Below the pieces are notes generated by a model. The model saw only the letters and a program-made list of their open reading frames with translations, did no database searches and was not told the DNA's origin. The position numbers were made by a program, and so were the translations under genes. Shown in pieces: positions 54,070 through 64,000 of a stretch of DNA of 64,000 nucleotides. Positions within the stretch are counted from its first letter, which is position 1. Each line of letters starts with the position of its first letter. The stretch is taken from the sequence record OZ195934.1; one strand, 5' to 3'.

Positions 54070-54755
54070 TGACAAGTAAAGCAAGACATTCATCAAGAGT
54101 ATGGACGAACGATTCTAGCAAGAAGATCTTCGACCAAGACTCGATTAGCGACGCTGGGCTATATCCCGGCGACCGCTTCAACTTTCGAGGCGCTATTTTA
54201 GGCGACTCGACAGTTGACGAAATTCAAAACGGTGCATGGGATCCCAATGTACAATCGGCATTAATGCAGTTAGCAATGGCTGCGATTTTACCAGTTGGGT
54301 CAGTTCTAATGTCTACTGACGCATCGAACCCGTTTAACACAAACCAGTTCAATGAAACGATTTCGTATACGGGCACATCGCTAGTTGATAACATCAACTT
54401 GTATGGCGTGTCAGTGTCGCTTTCAGTCGGAGACTCAGACAACGACATCGCAGAGAAAGTATTCACTGCAATGCACGCGTCTCAGTTGTTTGACACAGTA
54501 CCGACAGATCACGTACCACCGTCGAACACATTCTTACTGAAGCACCGAAGCTCAAGACCGCATAATACTGCGTACACTTCAACGTACGCTGATATTCTAG
54601 ACTCGAACGGTGATACTACGGGTATACAAGCTAAAAGCGTCGTAACGGGCGAATCAGACGGCGAGACGAGCTTAGGTTATGGGGAATGGGAGCTGTATCA
54701 CACAGATACGACAACATACCCGTCAACAATGTACTTTTATAGAAGGATTGGTTAA
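54069..54755 (+). CDS. gp11: Baseplate wedge / short fibre connector
   Basis: Position after gp10; C-terminal GEW...YFYRRIG. Confidence 0.7.
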   Translation: MTSKARHSSRVWTNDSSKKIFDQDSISDAGLYPGDRFNFRGAILGDSTVDEIQNGAWDPNVQSALMQLAMAAILPVGSVLMSTDASNPFNTNQFNETISYTGTSLVDNINLYGVSVSLSVGDSDNDIAEKVFTAMHASQLFDTVPTDHVPPSNTFLLKHRSSRPHNTAYTSTYADILDSNGDTTGIQAKSVVTGESDGETSLGYGEWELYHTDTTTYPSTMYFYRRIG

Positions 54756-56296
54756 TGTCAGGTACAAACATATTCACGCACGTAAGCGACGAAGCGCAAT
54801 ATGTTTACCTACAGCCGTTCACATCACCGGGCAAGGCGTTCGAGACTGGTGGTGATGTTCAGAGTCTTTTAGAACAGATTCACGTGAACGCTCTTGAGCC
54901 GTTGCCAACTTTACCGTTCGCGACGACCGATGAGCAAGGTTCGGTCGAATACTCAACTCAAGCAGAAGCAAATGCTTTAGATGACGTTTTGACCGTATTG
55001 ACACCACAATCACTTGATGGTGTCAATACACACGTTTCTCCGTCTACGACGACTCAGTTAGGTAACTTACGCGAAGTTCGTACGAGTGATTTGACACGCG
55101 TTACTGCGTCGTCAGATGATACACGATTGATGTCATATCGTCGATTGGATGAAATGACGAGTGTACGAAATGCGTTAGCAGACGATGGTAGCGTCGAGTC
55201 TCAAGGCTTCGCTAGACATTCGACTTTATCAGAAGCACTCGCATACAACCCGACAAATTTCATTTCACCGCAAAAGACGTGGAATTTGATCAAAACCGAA
55301 ATACCAAACCCGTGGACTCAAGCAACTGAAACGGAATCTGGCGTATTACGAACGGTAGGTCAGCGAGACGCACTTAAATCAGATCGCACAATTGCAATCA
55401 CAGTTGGTGGATTGAATCACGTTAACGCTACGACATCGAAACGCGGTGCGTTCAAGATAACTGACAATAATCTAAGTCGTGATGACGAATTCGCAAACGA
55501 GTATGCGATTACACCCGCGACAATTGCAAACTTAATCGGCACAGAAACGCAGTCAGGATTCTTTTCACTACCGACTTCGTTCGCCGATGAATCTAGCGAA
55601 GTAACTAGTGCAGCACGCGGTTTCGAGTTAGGTCAAAAGCTTGGCCCAGATGGCGGTGTGATTACAGGAACATTAAACTGTGACAACATCGTATCGAAGA
55701 TCACGCAATCAGTCAAGAAAACCACGTCTGGTGGCGGTACGTATTACGTAGATGAAACACGCAAGCGCGAATTGTTCCCATCAGATCACATCGACCGTGA
55801 AATTGGATTAGAAGGGCGACCAGTTGGTAGTATATTTCACTGTACTCGCAACGTAGACCCAAACACTCAGTTCGGTGGGGTATGGTATCGCGTACAAGGC
55901 GGGCGTACTATGATCGGTGCAGGTACTGGTAATGATTACGTGAGAAAGCGTAGCTTCAGTGCAGGGTCGCAAGGTGGGAATCGTCGTGAGCGTTTAGCAG
56001 AGAAGCACTTGCCAGTTCACAAACACGCGAGTTGGGGTGAAACGTACTCAACAAAGAACAGCACATGCATAAAGTACGAAGAAGTTCGTAACCCATATGG
56101 TGTTACATATTACTGTAAAGAATATTCAACCGTCAATTACTGGAAGTTCGGTAAAACCGGCTCTAGAAATAACCCGGGAATGGGTAGCACTGACAGCGAC
56201 AACTACATGTACTACAATTCACCAGTGGGCGGCAACGGATATCACGAAAACATGATGCCGTATTACACAGTTTACATTTGGAGACGAGTTAAATGA
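54755..56296 (+). CDS. gp12: Short tail fibre, paralogue 1
   Basis: H.SDEA.YV, A(T/S)..GxxxxAT repeats, HKH metal motif, MPYYTVYIW. Confidence 0.8.
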   Translation: MSGTNIFTHVSDEAQYVYLQPFTSPGKAFETGGDVQSLLEQIHVNALEPLPTLPFATTDEQGSVEYSTQAEANALDDVLTVLTPQSLDGVNTHVSPSTTTQLGNLREVRTSDLTRVTASSDDTRLMSYRRLDEMTSVRNALADDGSVESQGFARHSTLSEALAYNPTNFISPQKTWNLIKTEIPNPWTQATETESGVLRTVGQRDALKSDRTIAITVGGLNHVNATTSKRGAFKITDNNLSRDDEFANEYAITPATIANLIGTETQSGFFSLPTSFADESSEVTSAARGFELGQKLGPDGGVITGTLNCDNIVSKITQSVKKTTSGGGTYYVDETRKRELFPSDHIDREIGLEGRPVGSIFHCTRNVDPNTQFGGVWYRVQGGRTMIGAGTGNDYVRKRSFSAGSQGGNRRERLAEKHLPVHKHASWGETYSTKNSTCIKYEEVRNPYGVTYYCKEYSTVNYWKFGKTGSRNNPGMGSTDSDNYMYYNSPVGGNGYHENMMPYYTVYIWRRVK

Positions 56297-57717
56297 CACA
56301 AAAAGGCACTCAGATTTTCGACCACGTTTTAGACAATGCGGGTACCGTGACGGTCAACGTTGAAAGTACAGCATTCGATGGATTGACGGGTGGAAATGAT
56401 GATTTACAAACTTGTCTTGAGTTGATCCAAGAACATGCAGTGATGGAGATACCGGACTTCCCAGTCGCGAGTACATCACAGCAAGGGATTACTCAACTGA
56501 GTGATGAAAGTGCAGTTGCTGACGAGACGAATGATTCGTCGGCAGTAACACCATCCGCACTTAATTACTGGTTTGAAAATCACGCAACGGCAACCGAAGT
56601 TCAGTATGGATTCGTGAAGCTGATTAGCAACAATACGATTGACACGGTCGAACCATCAGCGTCTGTAGAAGAAGCTCAGAAACACGCGTTTACGCTTCGC
56701 ACGTTGAACTATGCACTTGACAATCGCTTTTACGCGACTGAAACAGATGCAGGTGCAGTTCGTCTAGCTACAGAAGCGCAAGCAACTACAACTGGTACGC
56801 TTTCAACTACAGTGGCAATGACACCGCAACGCGTTAAGCAAATGCTGGACGTTTGGGCTAATACTACAGCATCAGATGCGAGTGAGTCAACAAAAGGTTT
56901 GATTCGTCTGGCGAATGGAACTGAAGTGAATAGCACATCAGCTTCAGAGAATGACTTAGCGATTTCACCGTATCGTTTCAACGATAGAACAGCAAGCACT
57001 TCGAGAAAGGCGGGTTTCTTTTTAGCAACTCAAGCAATCGCAGATGCGCGTACGTCAAACGAACACGCTGTTACAGTCGGGACACTTTCGTTATTTGATG
57101 CTACATCAACTCGCGTCGGTGTTGCTAAAGTTGCAAACAACTTGACGACAAATGATGCTACTCAAGCACTAAGCGCAGCGATGGGCTTTAAGCTGAACAA
57201 CGAGAAGATCGGTGCACCGGGTGGTACAGTCAACGGGACACTGAACATTAACAACGTTCAGTCTGTGGCGGGCGTTCAGTTGATGCAAAATGGCTTGATT
57301 ACATCGCGTGCGATGTTAAACATGTATCCAGTAGGGGCGATTTACATGAGCGTATCTAGCACTTCTCCCGCTACGCTATTTGGCGGCGGCTGGTCGAGAA
57401 TTGCTAACGGTCGAGTTCTCGTTTCAGAGGGTTCATATGACGGTAAAACGTTCAGTGTCCGATCACAAGGCGGTGAGTATGCAGTTACGCTAACTGAAAG
57501 CACTATGCCAACGCATAAGCACGCAGGTTGGGGCGAACACTATGATGGCAATGGTATCGGATTCGGTGTAGCTAAACAATATGGGCGTAATAACCCAGGG
57601 TCGAAAAAGACCGACAGTGATAACTACTTGTATTACTCAGAGCCAAAAGGTGGTAGTGAAGCTCACCCGAACATTCAGCCGTATTACACGGTTTATATGT
57701 GGGAACGAACTTCTTAA
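56293..57717 (+). CDS. gp12: Short tail fibre, paralogue 2
   Basis: ATE...GxVRLAT repeats, HKH motif, QPYYTVYMW. Confidence 0.8.
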   Translation: MTQKGTQIFDHVLDNAGTVTVNVESTAFDGLTGGNDDLQTCLELIQEHAVMEIPDFPVASTSQQGITQLSDESAVADETNDSSAVTPSALNYWFENHATATEVQYGFVKLISNNTIDTVEPSASVEEAQKHAFTLRTLNYALDNRFYATETDAGAVRLATEAQATTTGTLSTTVAMTPQRVKQMLDVWANTTASDASESTKGLIRLANGTEVNSTSASENDLAISPYRFNDRTASTSRKAGFFLATQAIADARTSNEHAVTVGTLSLFDATSTRVGVAKVANNLTTNDATQALSAAMGFKLNNEKIGAPGGTVNGTLNINNVQSVAGVQLMQNGLITSRAMLNMYPVGAIYMSVSSTSPATLFGGGWSRIANGRVLVSEGSYDGKTFSVRSQGGEYAVTLTESTMPTHKHAGWGEHYDGNGIGFGVAKQYGRNNPGSKKTDSDNYLYYSEPKGGSEAHPNIQPYYTVYMWERTS

Positions 57718-57816
57718 AGACAAGCATAGTATACATTGAAAGTCAATGAAATTAAACGGGTGAGACAAGTTCTTGCCCGTTTTTGTATCTGAAGAATCCA
57801 GAGCGAAGCGAAAGAA

Positions 57817-57885
57817 TGGACGAGGCGGAAAAATTCCGCATCATCTTAGTAGTATTAGGGGTTTTAGTGAAGTTAGGGATATTAG
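57817..57885 (-). repeat. 69-bp intergenic element, copy 2 (inverted)
   Basis: Reverse complement matches 31872..31940 at 66/69. Confidence 0.9.
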
Positions 57886-57894
57886 TATTATTAG

Positions 57895-57984
57895 TATAAA
57901 TACCTTGTTTAACTCAGTTCGCTTGACTGCTAAAATAGACGCATAAAGACAATCCCTTCTTGATCCTTTGTATTGCTATAAATA
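57895..57984 (+). promoter_or_regulatory. Two T4 late promoters (57895-57902, 57977-57984)
   Basis: Exact TATAAATA twice upstream of wac. Confidence 0.8.
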
Positions 57985-58023
57985 GTAGTAAGCTATGTTC
58001 ATTTACAATACAAGGGAACAAAC

Positions 58024-59685
58024 ATGACAATTCAAAAGCCTATCATTGAAGAGCTTAGATATGTAAATGGTCAACCAGATCCATCACTTCGTCCCGACCA
58101 AACTCGAATCAATTGGGCGAAAAACGGTGAAAGCATTCTTGGTGCTACTGGTGACACGACTTCTGACGGCGTACTTAACCGTGCTCCTGTGCAGATTCAA
58201 GAAAACATTCTGAACTCTCATAACAACACTAAAGCACAGCAAGAAACAATCGGTCAGCTTGTTGATACTGTAAACGAACTAACAGGCGGCGAAGATGCTG
58301 ACTTGGGTTCGCGTATGACAACTGCGGAGTTTGATATCAACGTTCTTGAGACTGAAGTTAATAATCTTCAATCTGACGTTGGCGCGGCATCAACAGAGAC
58401 TGCACTTGCTACTGGCATTCATCTAACAACTGAAAATATTGTTGATGACATTGGTGTTCGTAATCCACAAGATATCCCAAATGACGTTGAGAACAACGAC
58501 ACTGTACGCAAAGACTTGTACTTCATCAAGCGTCGTATCGGTAACGACCGTAACTATGACGTGAACGGCAATTTAGTTCCTGATACTGCACCTACGGGTA
58601 TGAAGTTTCAGATTGATGACTTGTACAACAAAGTAGCGACCGTCAACCAAGAGATTGGCGAGAACGTTACACCGGGTACGATCAATGGTCGATTGACTGA
58701 TCTTGAGCAGAATTCACAAGCAGGGTCTGTTACTGCAATTCGTGCAGAACTAGGCGATTCGGCTGACGCAGTTGAAGGGCGTTCGGTATACTTGCGTCTT
58801 GATGACATCGAAAGTCAAAATGCTGATTTTGTGATCGATATTGCTGCACTTGATGCAACTCTAGTGACTCCTGTTACTGGTCTTGTTCCGCGTGTTACTG
58901 CGCTAGAAACTGAAGTTGCGGGCGCGATTTCACAAGCAGATGCAAACGAATTGAGCATCACAACGATTTCTAACGACGTTGGTGTGTATTCAGTAGGCGA
59001 CACGTACTCTTCTACGATTAAAGAGCGTCTAAGCTCACACAGCACTGATTTGACATCATTGTGGACTCGTGTCGGTGCGACAGATGACGATATCGGCTCA
59101 ATCGGCAATCGAGTTAAAGAACTTGAATCAACCGTCGGTGATGTGAACTCACCTGCTGAATTTACAGCATGGTATGAAATCGCTCAGAATGCAGGTGATA
59201 TTGTTCAGCTACGTGCAGATGTCGATGCTATGGGGCCGTCTACATTACAAACACGTCTGGCAACGCTTGAAGCTGCCGAAGCTGCCGCTCTTATTGCGTC
59301 AGAAACGCCAGATGAAATCACAATCCCGACGACGCTAACTAACGTTGTTGATGTGATTGACGAAGAAGTTGAACTAGTCGGATACACATTTGTCGATGGT
59401 GCGTTGATTAGTAATGCTGCACGCACTGCTCCATTGACGATTGCATGGGTTATGTACGAACCGCACAATCACACTCATTTGATCACGATTCGAGTTGAGA
59501 TCACTCACCCTGATACTTCAGTTGAGATTCATGATTATACTCGTAAGTTGCGCGGTAATCTAGTGACACCTATTGCGATTTCTCATACTGCTACGTTAGT
59601 TGCTGGTAGTGCAGTGAAAGTTTATGTTCAATCGGATTCAGTTGGTAGTTCAGTTGAGCACGATTCGCTATTCATTCGAATTTAA
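58024..59685 (+). CDS. wac: Fibritin (whisker/collar)
   Basis: L.YVNGQP..DQTRI.W.KNGE..LGA...G.LNRAPVQIQ, segmented coiled coil. Confidence 0.9.
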   Translation: MTIQKPIIEELRYVNGQPDPSLRPDQTRINWAKNGESILGATGDTTSDGVLNRAPVQIQENILNSHNNTKAQQETIGQLVDTVNELTGGEDADLGSRMTTAEFDINVLETEVNNLQSDVGAASTETALATGIHLTTENIVDDIGVRNPQDIPNDVENNDTVRKDLYFIKRRIGNDRNYDVNGNLVPDTAPTGMKFQIDDLYNKVATVNQEIGENVTPGTINGRLTDLEQNSQAGSVTAIRAELGDSADAVEGRSVYLRLDDIESQNADFVIDIAALDATLVTPVTGLVPRVTALETEVAGAISQADANELSITTISNDVGVYSVGDTYSSTIKERLSSHSTDLTSLWTRVGATDDDIGSIGNRVKELESTVGDVNSPAEFTAWYEIAQNAGDIVQLRADVDAMGPSTLQTRLATLEAAEAAALIASETPDEITIPTTLTNVVDVIDEEVELVGYTFVDGALISNAARTAPLTIAWVMYEPHNHTHLITIRVEITHPDTSVEIHDYTRKLRGNLVTPIAISHTATLVAGSAVKVYVQSDSVGSSVEHDSLFIRI

Positions 59686-59696
59686 GAGGTAAGGTC

Positions 59697-60626
59697 ATGA
59701 ACACATATAATGCAACTTCTCCACGTGAAATGAAAGACCTGATTTTAAGGCGCCTTGGTGCGCCTATTGTCAACGTCGAAGTGACCGAAGACCAAGTGTA
59801 CGACTGTATTTCTCGTGCGCTTGAGTTGTTCATTGAATATCACCCAGACGGTGTTAATAAAACGTACTCTATCATATCACTATCTGCCGAGCAAGCATCG
59901 ACTGGTATCATTCAGTTAGATATCCCTGCCGAAGCTGTGACTAAGATTCTGCGCGGTGAAAGCACGTTCTGGACTATGGATGGTAACGCAACTTACTCAT
60001 GGTTCAGTGACTTCTTGACTGGTCTTGCAGGCGGTGCGATGGGTAATGGTTCATCAAACTCGTATCACAACGGGATGTTGGGTGGCTCAAGTGGTCTATC
60101 TGACTATTGGAACTTGATGAGCTACAAAAACACGATGATGGACATTCTATCACCTGAGCATGATTACTGGTACAACTCGGTGAGTAAAACGCTGAAGCTA
60201 AATGCCAACTTGCAAGAGGGTGAAATAGTTGTTGTTGAAGCATTCGTTCCGACTGCGCTACTAGTTCAAGAATCTGGTACTGGTCTGATTGGTAACAGTG
60301 CTGCGACAATCGGCTCATATGAGGACGTATCATCACAGCAAGCGTTCGATGACCCGTACAGCATTTTGCGTCAGAACAACACAATCGGTAACCCGAATCA
60401 GTACGCTGAACAAAACGCGTATTCTGTGCGTTGGGTTAAAGATATGGCAACTGCTTTCACTAAGCAGATGAACGGTATTGTTCTTAAAAAGCATCAAGGC
60501 TTACAACTACCCGGTGGTATCACAGTTGACGGTAAAGAGATTTACGAAGAAGCAAGTCAAGAGATTGAGCGTCTACGTGAAGAACTAATGTCATTGACTC
60601 AGCCATTAGGCGTATACATAGGGTAA
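59697..60626 (+). CDS. gp13: Neck protein
   Basis: P.E.KD.ILRRLGAP..NVEVTEDQ.YDCI, LPGGIT.DG. Confidence 0.95.
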   Translation: MNTYNATSPREMKDLILRRLGAPIVNVEVTEDQVYDCISRALELFIEYHPDGVNKTYSIISLSAEQASTGIIQLDIPAEAVTKILRGESTFWTMDGNATYSWFSDFLTGLAGGAMGNGSSNSYHNGMLGGSSGLSDYWNLMSYKNTMMDILSPEHDYWYNSVSKTLKLNANLQEGEIVVVEAFVPTALLVQESGTGLIGNSAATIGSYEDVSSQQAFDDPYSILRQNNTIGNPNQYAEQNAYSVRWVKDMATAFTKQMNGIVLKKHQGLQLPGGITVDGKEIYEEASQEIERLREELMSLTQPLGVYIG

Positions 60627-60630
60627 TATC

Positions 60631-61461
60631 ATGAGCGCATACGACAATAATTCTGGTAGTATGTTCGCGAAATTGGAAAATCAGAAGGGCTTTGACAAGA
60701 TCTATGATGATCATCTTGTCAACCCTCATTTCAATTGGATGAACCACACCAACGAACAAAACTTAGCCGATATGCTTGTCGCTGAGTCAATCATCAACCG
60801 CGGTGTTGAGTGTGTTTACATTCGACGCACGATGGAAAACGTAGATCTAGTATTCGGTGAAGATCCGCTGAGTCGATTTACGAGTCACTTCAGAATGGCG
60901 TTGTATGTTGAATCATTTGACGGCTGGGATGGTGATGGTGACTGGTTTAGTAAGTTCGGCTTTCAAGTTAACGATGAAATGGACGTGTGTATCAACCCAC
61001 GACTGTTCATTCAACAAGGCGACGGCAACAACCCGTTGATGGGCGATTTGATTTACTTCCCTGCTGCGAACGGCTTGTTCGAGATCAGTTGGGTTGAGAA
61101 AGAAAACCCGTGGTATCAAGCAGGTGCTTTGCCAATGCGTAAGCTGAAGATGACTAAATTCGTTTACTCTGGGGAAGAGATCGCACTGGAACGCCCTGAG
61201 GCAGTTATTGACTCGATTGATGACATTCTTAACTTCGGTGAGGACACAGACGAAATGATCGATATTGATAGAATCAACGCGTTGAACGACACGTGGGATA
61301 TCGGTAACGAACAAGGCGAAGAAATGGCGCAAATCGAAGATGAGGTTGATGAGTTCTATCAAGGCGAGCAAGTTGCTCCGAATGGTAGTGACGTGCAGCC
61401 ATCTACACCGTCGCCAGCGCCAATGGGCTTCGGTAATTCACAAAATCCATTTGACAATTAA
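60631..61461 (+). CDS. gp14: Neck protein
   Basis: LVAESI..RG....YI.R, D.VFGED..S.F, GDLIYFP. Confidence 0.95.
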   Translation: MSAYDNNSGSMFAKLENQKGFDKIYDDHLVNPHFNWMNHTNEQNLADMLVAESIINRGVECVYIRRTMENVDLVFGEDPLSRFTSHFRMALYVESFDGWDGDGDWFSKFGFQVNDEMDVCINPRLFIQQGDGNNPLMGDLIYFPAANGLFEISWVEKENPWYQAGALPMRKLKMTKFVYSGEEIALERPEAVIDSIDDILNFGEDTDEMIDIDRINALNDTWDIGNEQGEEMAQIEDEVDEFYQGEQVAPNGSDVQPSTPSPAPMGFGNSQNPFDN

Positions 61462-61470
61462 GGGGGCGAC

Positions 61471-62784
61471 GTGAAGGGTTATTTTTATCATAACTCGATA
61501 CGAAAGTACATTCTCTTGATGGGTAATTTGTTTTCTGGCATCTATGTTGCACGCGGTGACGCGTATCGCAAGGTGCCGATTACAGTCTCATCAAAGGAGC
61601 ACTTTGTTGCTGCTTTGAATTCTCAAGAGTTGAACGGCGACGGGAACATGGCATTAGTAGCCACGAAGTTGCCGCGTATCGGTCTAGATATGGTGTCGTG
61701 TACATACGATTCCACTAGAAAAACAAACGTAACGAATCGCAAGTTGACGCGTGATTTAAGTGCTGATCGACCAGCCATGAACAAGCTATTCAATCCGGTT
61801 CCTTACGATTTTGAATTTGAAGTGAGCGTGTACACGCGTCATCAAGACGATGCATTTCAAATCATAGAACAGATTTTACCATACTTTCAGCCCCAATTCA
61901 ATACAATGATCAAAGAGCTGAATGAAAGCGAAGTGTTAATCGATGAGCGTGACATCCCTATCATCTTAGAATCTGCCGTCCCTGAGACGACATTCGAAGG
62001 CAGTGCGGGTGAAATGCGTCATATCGAATGGACACTTAACATGCGTCTGAAGGGTTGGCTATACCCGCCTACAAACGTACAATTCGGTGAAATCAGAACG
62101 ATTTACCTCGACTTCAATGAAGAAGAGAAAGAGATTATTCACGCAGAACGTGAGCCGGTTAGTAATACTACCGTACTGGCGTATGCAATACGCGAAGCAA
62201 TCGGTCTAGACTCGACGGTAGCATGGCGCTCTAGCATCGATTCGATGATGGGAATGTCGTGGAACACTCGTGCTGAACTTGAGCGTGACGTTGATATCGA
62301 CTGGTTCAGACGACCTCAAATTACAAGTGAATACGATATTTTAGCAAATATTCGAAACTCTATGCAAAGCGATATTGTATATGATTGGGGAACGTCACCG
62401 GTAGTTGATTCTGATATGAACGCTTCTTGGAATATTCGTTCTGACGTGGGCGTTGATACTGACATCGACTGGTATCATATGTCATCAGTTCATCATGAGA
62501 ATGTCGTGGCTTATGACCACCTCGCTGTGATTGGCTCATCGTCTAATGTACAGTGGGATTCAGGTGATGTTGTTGATAGTGAGATTGGTGTCGATTGGAA
62601 CGTTCGTGAGTCTGCCGTTCGTGAGTTTAATTTAACATATGAGTCGTTGGGCACAGTGTTTAATGACTTCGGTGTTAACTGGAATGCAGCGGGCTTGGTT
62701 TCTAATTATAACCAACAGATCTTCTTTATCGGTGATAGAATCCCGATTACTAACACGCTTGATGTTGACTACATCATCGAATAA
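61471..62784 (+). CDS. gp15: Tail sheath terminator with about 190-aa C-terminal repeat extension
   Basis: YFYH.SIRKY, PVPY, QIIEQILPYFQP, KGWLYPP; then Trp-periodic repeats. Confidence 0.9.
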   Translation: MKGYFYHNSIRKYILLMGNLFSGIYVARGDAYRKVPITVSSKEHFVAALNSQELNGDGNMALVATKLPRIGLDMVSCTYDSTRKTNVTNRKLTRDLSADRPAMNKLFNPVPYDFEFEVSVYTRHQDDAFQIIEQILPYFQPQFNTMIKELNESEVLIDERDIPIILESAVPETTFEGSAGEMRHIEWTLNMRLKGWLYPPTNVQFGEIRTIYLDFNEEEKEIIHAEREPVSNTTVLAYAIREAIGLDSTVAWRSSIDSMMGMSWNTRAELERDVDIDWFRRPQITSEYDILANIRNSMQSDIVYDWGTSPVVDSDMNASWNIRSDVGVDTDIDWYHMSSVHHENVVAYDHLAVIGSSSNVQWDSGDVVDSEIGVDWNVRESAVREFNLTYESLGTVFNDFGVNWNAAGLVSNYNQQIFFIGDRIPITNTLDVDYIIE

Positions 62785-62835
62785 ATAAATGGTCTTCTAA
62801 ATAAGAAGACCACCTTTTTAAATTGGAGAACCCTA

Positions 62836-63384
62836 ATGGCTATTATAGCAGGTGATTTGAAATTCAAAAGAAGTCTGCACACAGTTGCAGCAAGCGTAGG
62901 AAATGGCAACACGCATGATTCGGAGGTTGATTCTCTGGGTGGTGGTGTTAGCGCAGTTGAGTTGGTGTCAAATCAACTGCATGATTTGTTTGATGCTGTA
63001 CCGTCTGCTGAATCAGCGGCGGGTCGCGTTGAATATCGTTGCTTCTACGTTCAAAACGAACACGCATCACTGACGTTGTATGATTCTAAAGTATTCATAT
63101 CAAACAACACTGCGTCGGTTGATTCGCTTATTGAAATCGCACTCGATCCCGTTGCAGTAAACGGTGAAGACAGTTCGATTTTACTAGACGACGAAACAGA
63201 TTCTGGTTCACATTTGACTGCATTGACATTCGTTGATGCGCCATCATTTGAATCTGGTCTAGATATCGGTAATCTAGCAGCGGGTGAGCAGCGTGCTATT
63301 TGGATTAAGCGTACTATTAACGCAGGCGCTGCCGCAGCGGCTGAAGATGCTACAATCGCAATTCGCGGCGACACTGACGCGTAA
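62836..63384 (+). CDS. Hypothetical, probable virion decoration protein
   Basis: Late-promoter-like TAAATA upstream; beta-rich, LFD.V...E...G.VEYRCFY, AIWIKRT. Confidence 0.6.
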   Translation: MAIIAGDLKFKRSLHTVAASVGNGNTHDSEVDSLGGGVSAVELVSNQLHDLFDAVPSAESAAGRVEYRCFYVQNEHASLTLYDSKVFISNNTASVDSLIEIALDPVAVNGEDSSILLDDETDSGSHLTALTFVDAPSFESGLDIGNLAAGEQRAIWIKRTINAGAAAAAEDATIAIRGDTDA

Positions 63385-63495
63385 TGCAGCAATTAAACGC
63401 TGTGTGCTTAACGTACGCAGCGTTTATCTATTTTATTGAGTGTTTGTACTCATATTATTGACGAGACGCTTACAGAGCGTTTTAGAGAGGAATGT

Positions 63496-64000
63496 ATGGA
63501 CGAAGAAATGATGCGTCAGCTACAGGCTTTGACTAACGTTGATGAACTAGGATTGCCCGGGGCTATTGAAGCACCTGAGCCGGAAGAATTCGTTCCGCCA
63601 GTTATCAAGTCGGTTGAGAGTAATCCTAGCGAACGTGTTCGAGATCTTGAGTCTGATTATGCAACCGTACGTGATAATGCACACTTTCAACAGCAACTTT
63701 TGAGAATGGCAGCACTGAAAGCGTTCGAGAACGCGAGTATGTCAGACGCACCGAGAATGATGGAAGTATTTGCTGGGTTGATGACTCAAATGACGAACAA
63801 CAACAAGCAAATTTTAGATATTCAGAAACAAATGAAAGACATTACGCAGCAAGAGATCGCGCCTACACAAGGTGGCGGTGGAACTGTGCAGTCTATCAAT
63901 GCAGAAACGGCAGTATTTGTTGGTAACGCTAGAGACTTATTGAATGAAGTCGGCTCGCGTCAAGAATATCTCAGAGAACAACGTAATAATGAGGTGATTG
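63496..64000 (+). CDS. gp16: Terminase small subunit (runs off window)
   Basis: ESNP..R..DLE.DY..VR.N.HFQQQ, PRMMEVFA.LM, ATVF-like AVFVG. Confidence 0.95.
   Translation, partial: MDEEMMRQLQALTNVDELGLPGAIEAPEPEEFVPPVIKSVESNPSERVRDLESDYATVRDNAHFQQQLLRMAALKAFENASMSDAPRMMEVFAGLMTQMTNNNKQILDIQKQMKDITQQEIAPTQGGGGTVQSINAETAVFVGNARDLLNEVGSRQEYLREQRNNEVI

Noticed and set aside
1-64000. Stop-codon reassignment
   Set aside because: Core T4-like genes are full length in the standard code and no suppressor-anticodon canonical tRNA was found.

Overview
64 kb of a large T4-like myovirus genome. Gene content and order resemble the Vibrio KVP40/schizo-T4 group; this is an inference, not a database result. 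Layout: (i) 1-4.6 kb, plus-strand accessory genes (ART-fold protein, M15 peptidase, PhoH, Tad2/DUF2829). (ii) 4.7-14.7 kb, minus-strand long-tail-fibre/receptor-binding locus with extensive internal duplication. (iii) 14.7-20.9 kb, minus-strand accessory operon with an RNase H-like YkuK protein, a DUF2828 (TROVE/Ro60-like + vWA) protein, an antisense GIY-YIG homing endonuclease and a receiver-like protein. (iv) 21-30 kb, minus-strand RNA array with 26 canonical tRNAs covering all 20 amino acids plus about 12 unexplained structured RNAs. (v) 30-64 kb, T4-type core: gp57B/Acb1, 57A, 1, 3, 29-like, 51, 26, 54, 2, 4, 48, 53, 27-like, 5, 5.4, 25, 6-11, two gp12 paralogues, wac, 13-15 and truncated 16. 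The most striking unexplained signal is a family of at least 8 ncRNAs sharing an 'ACG-[helix]-U(U/A)CAGCAA' element. It occurs either as the end-closing helix of Y-RNA-like RNAs (one a circularly permuted tRNA mimic) or as a hairpin grafted into the anticodon arm of tRNA-shaped RNAs. The same motif sits between the Shine-Dalgarno and AUG of the DUF2828 gene. This suggests a phage Ro60-like protein/RNA system. All RNA structures were folded by eye.
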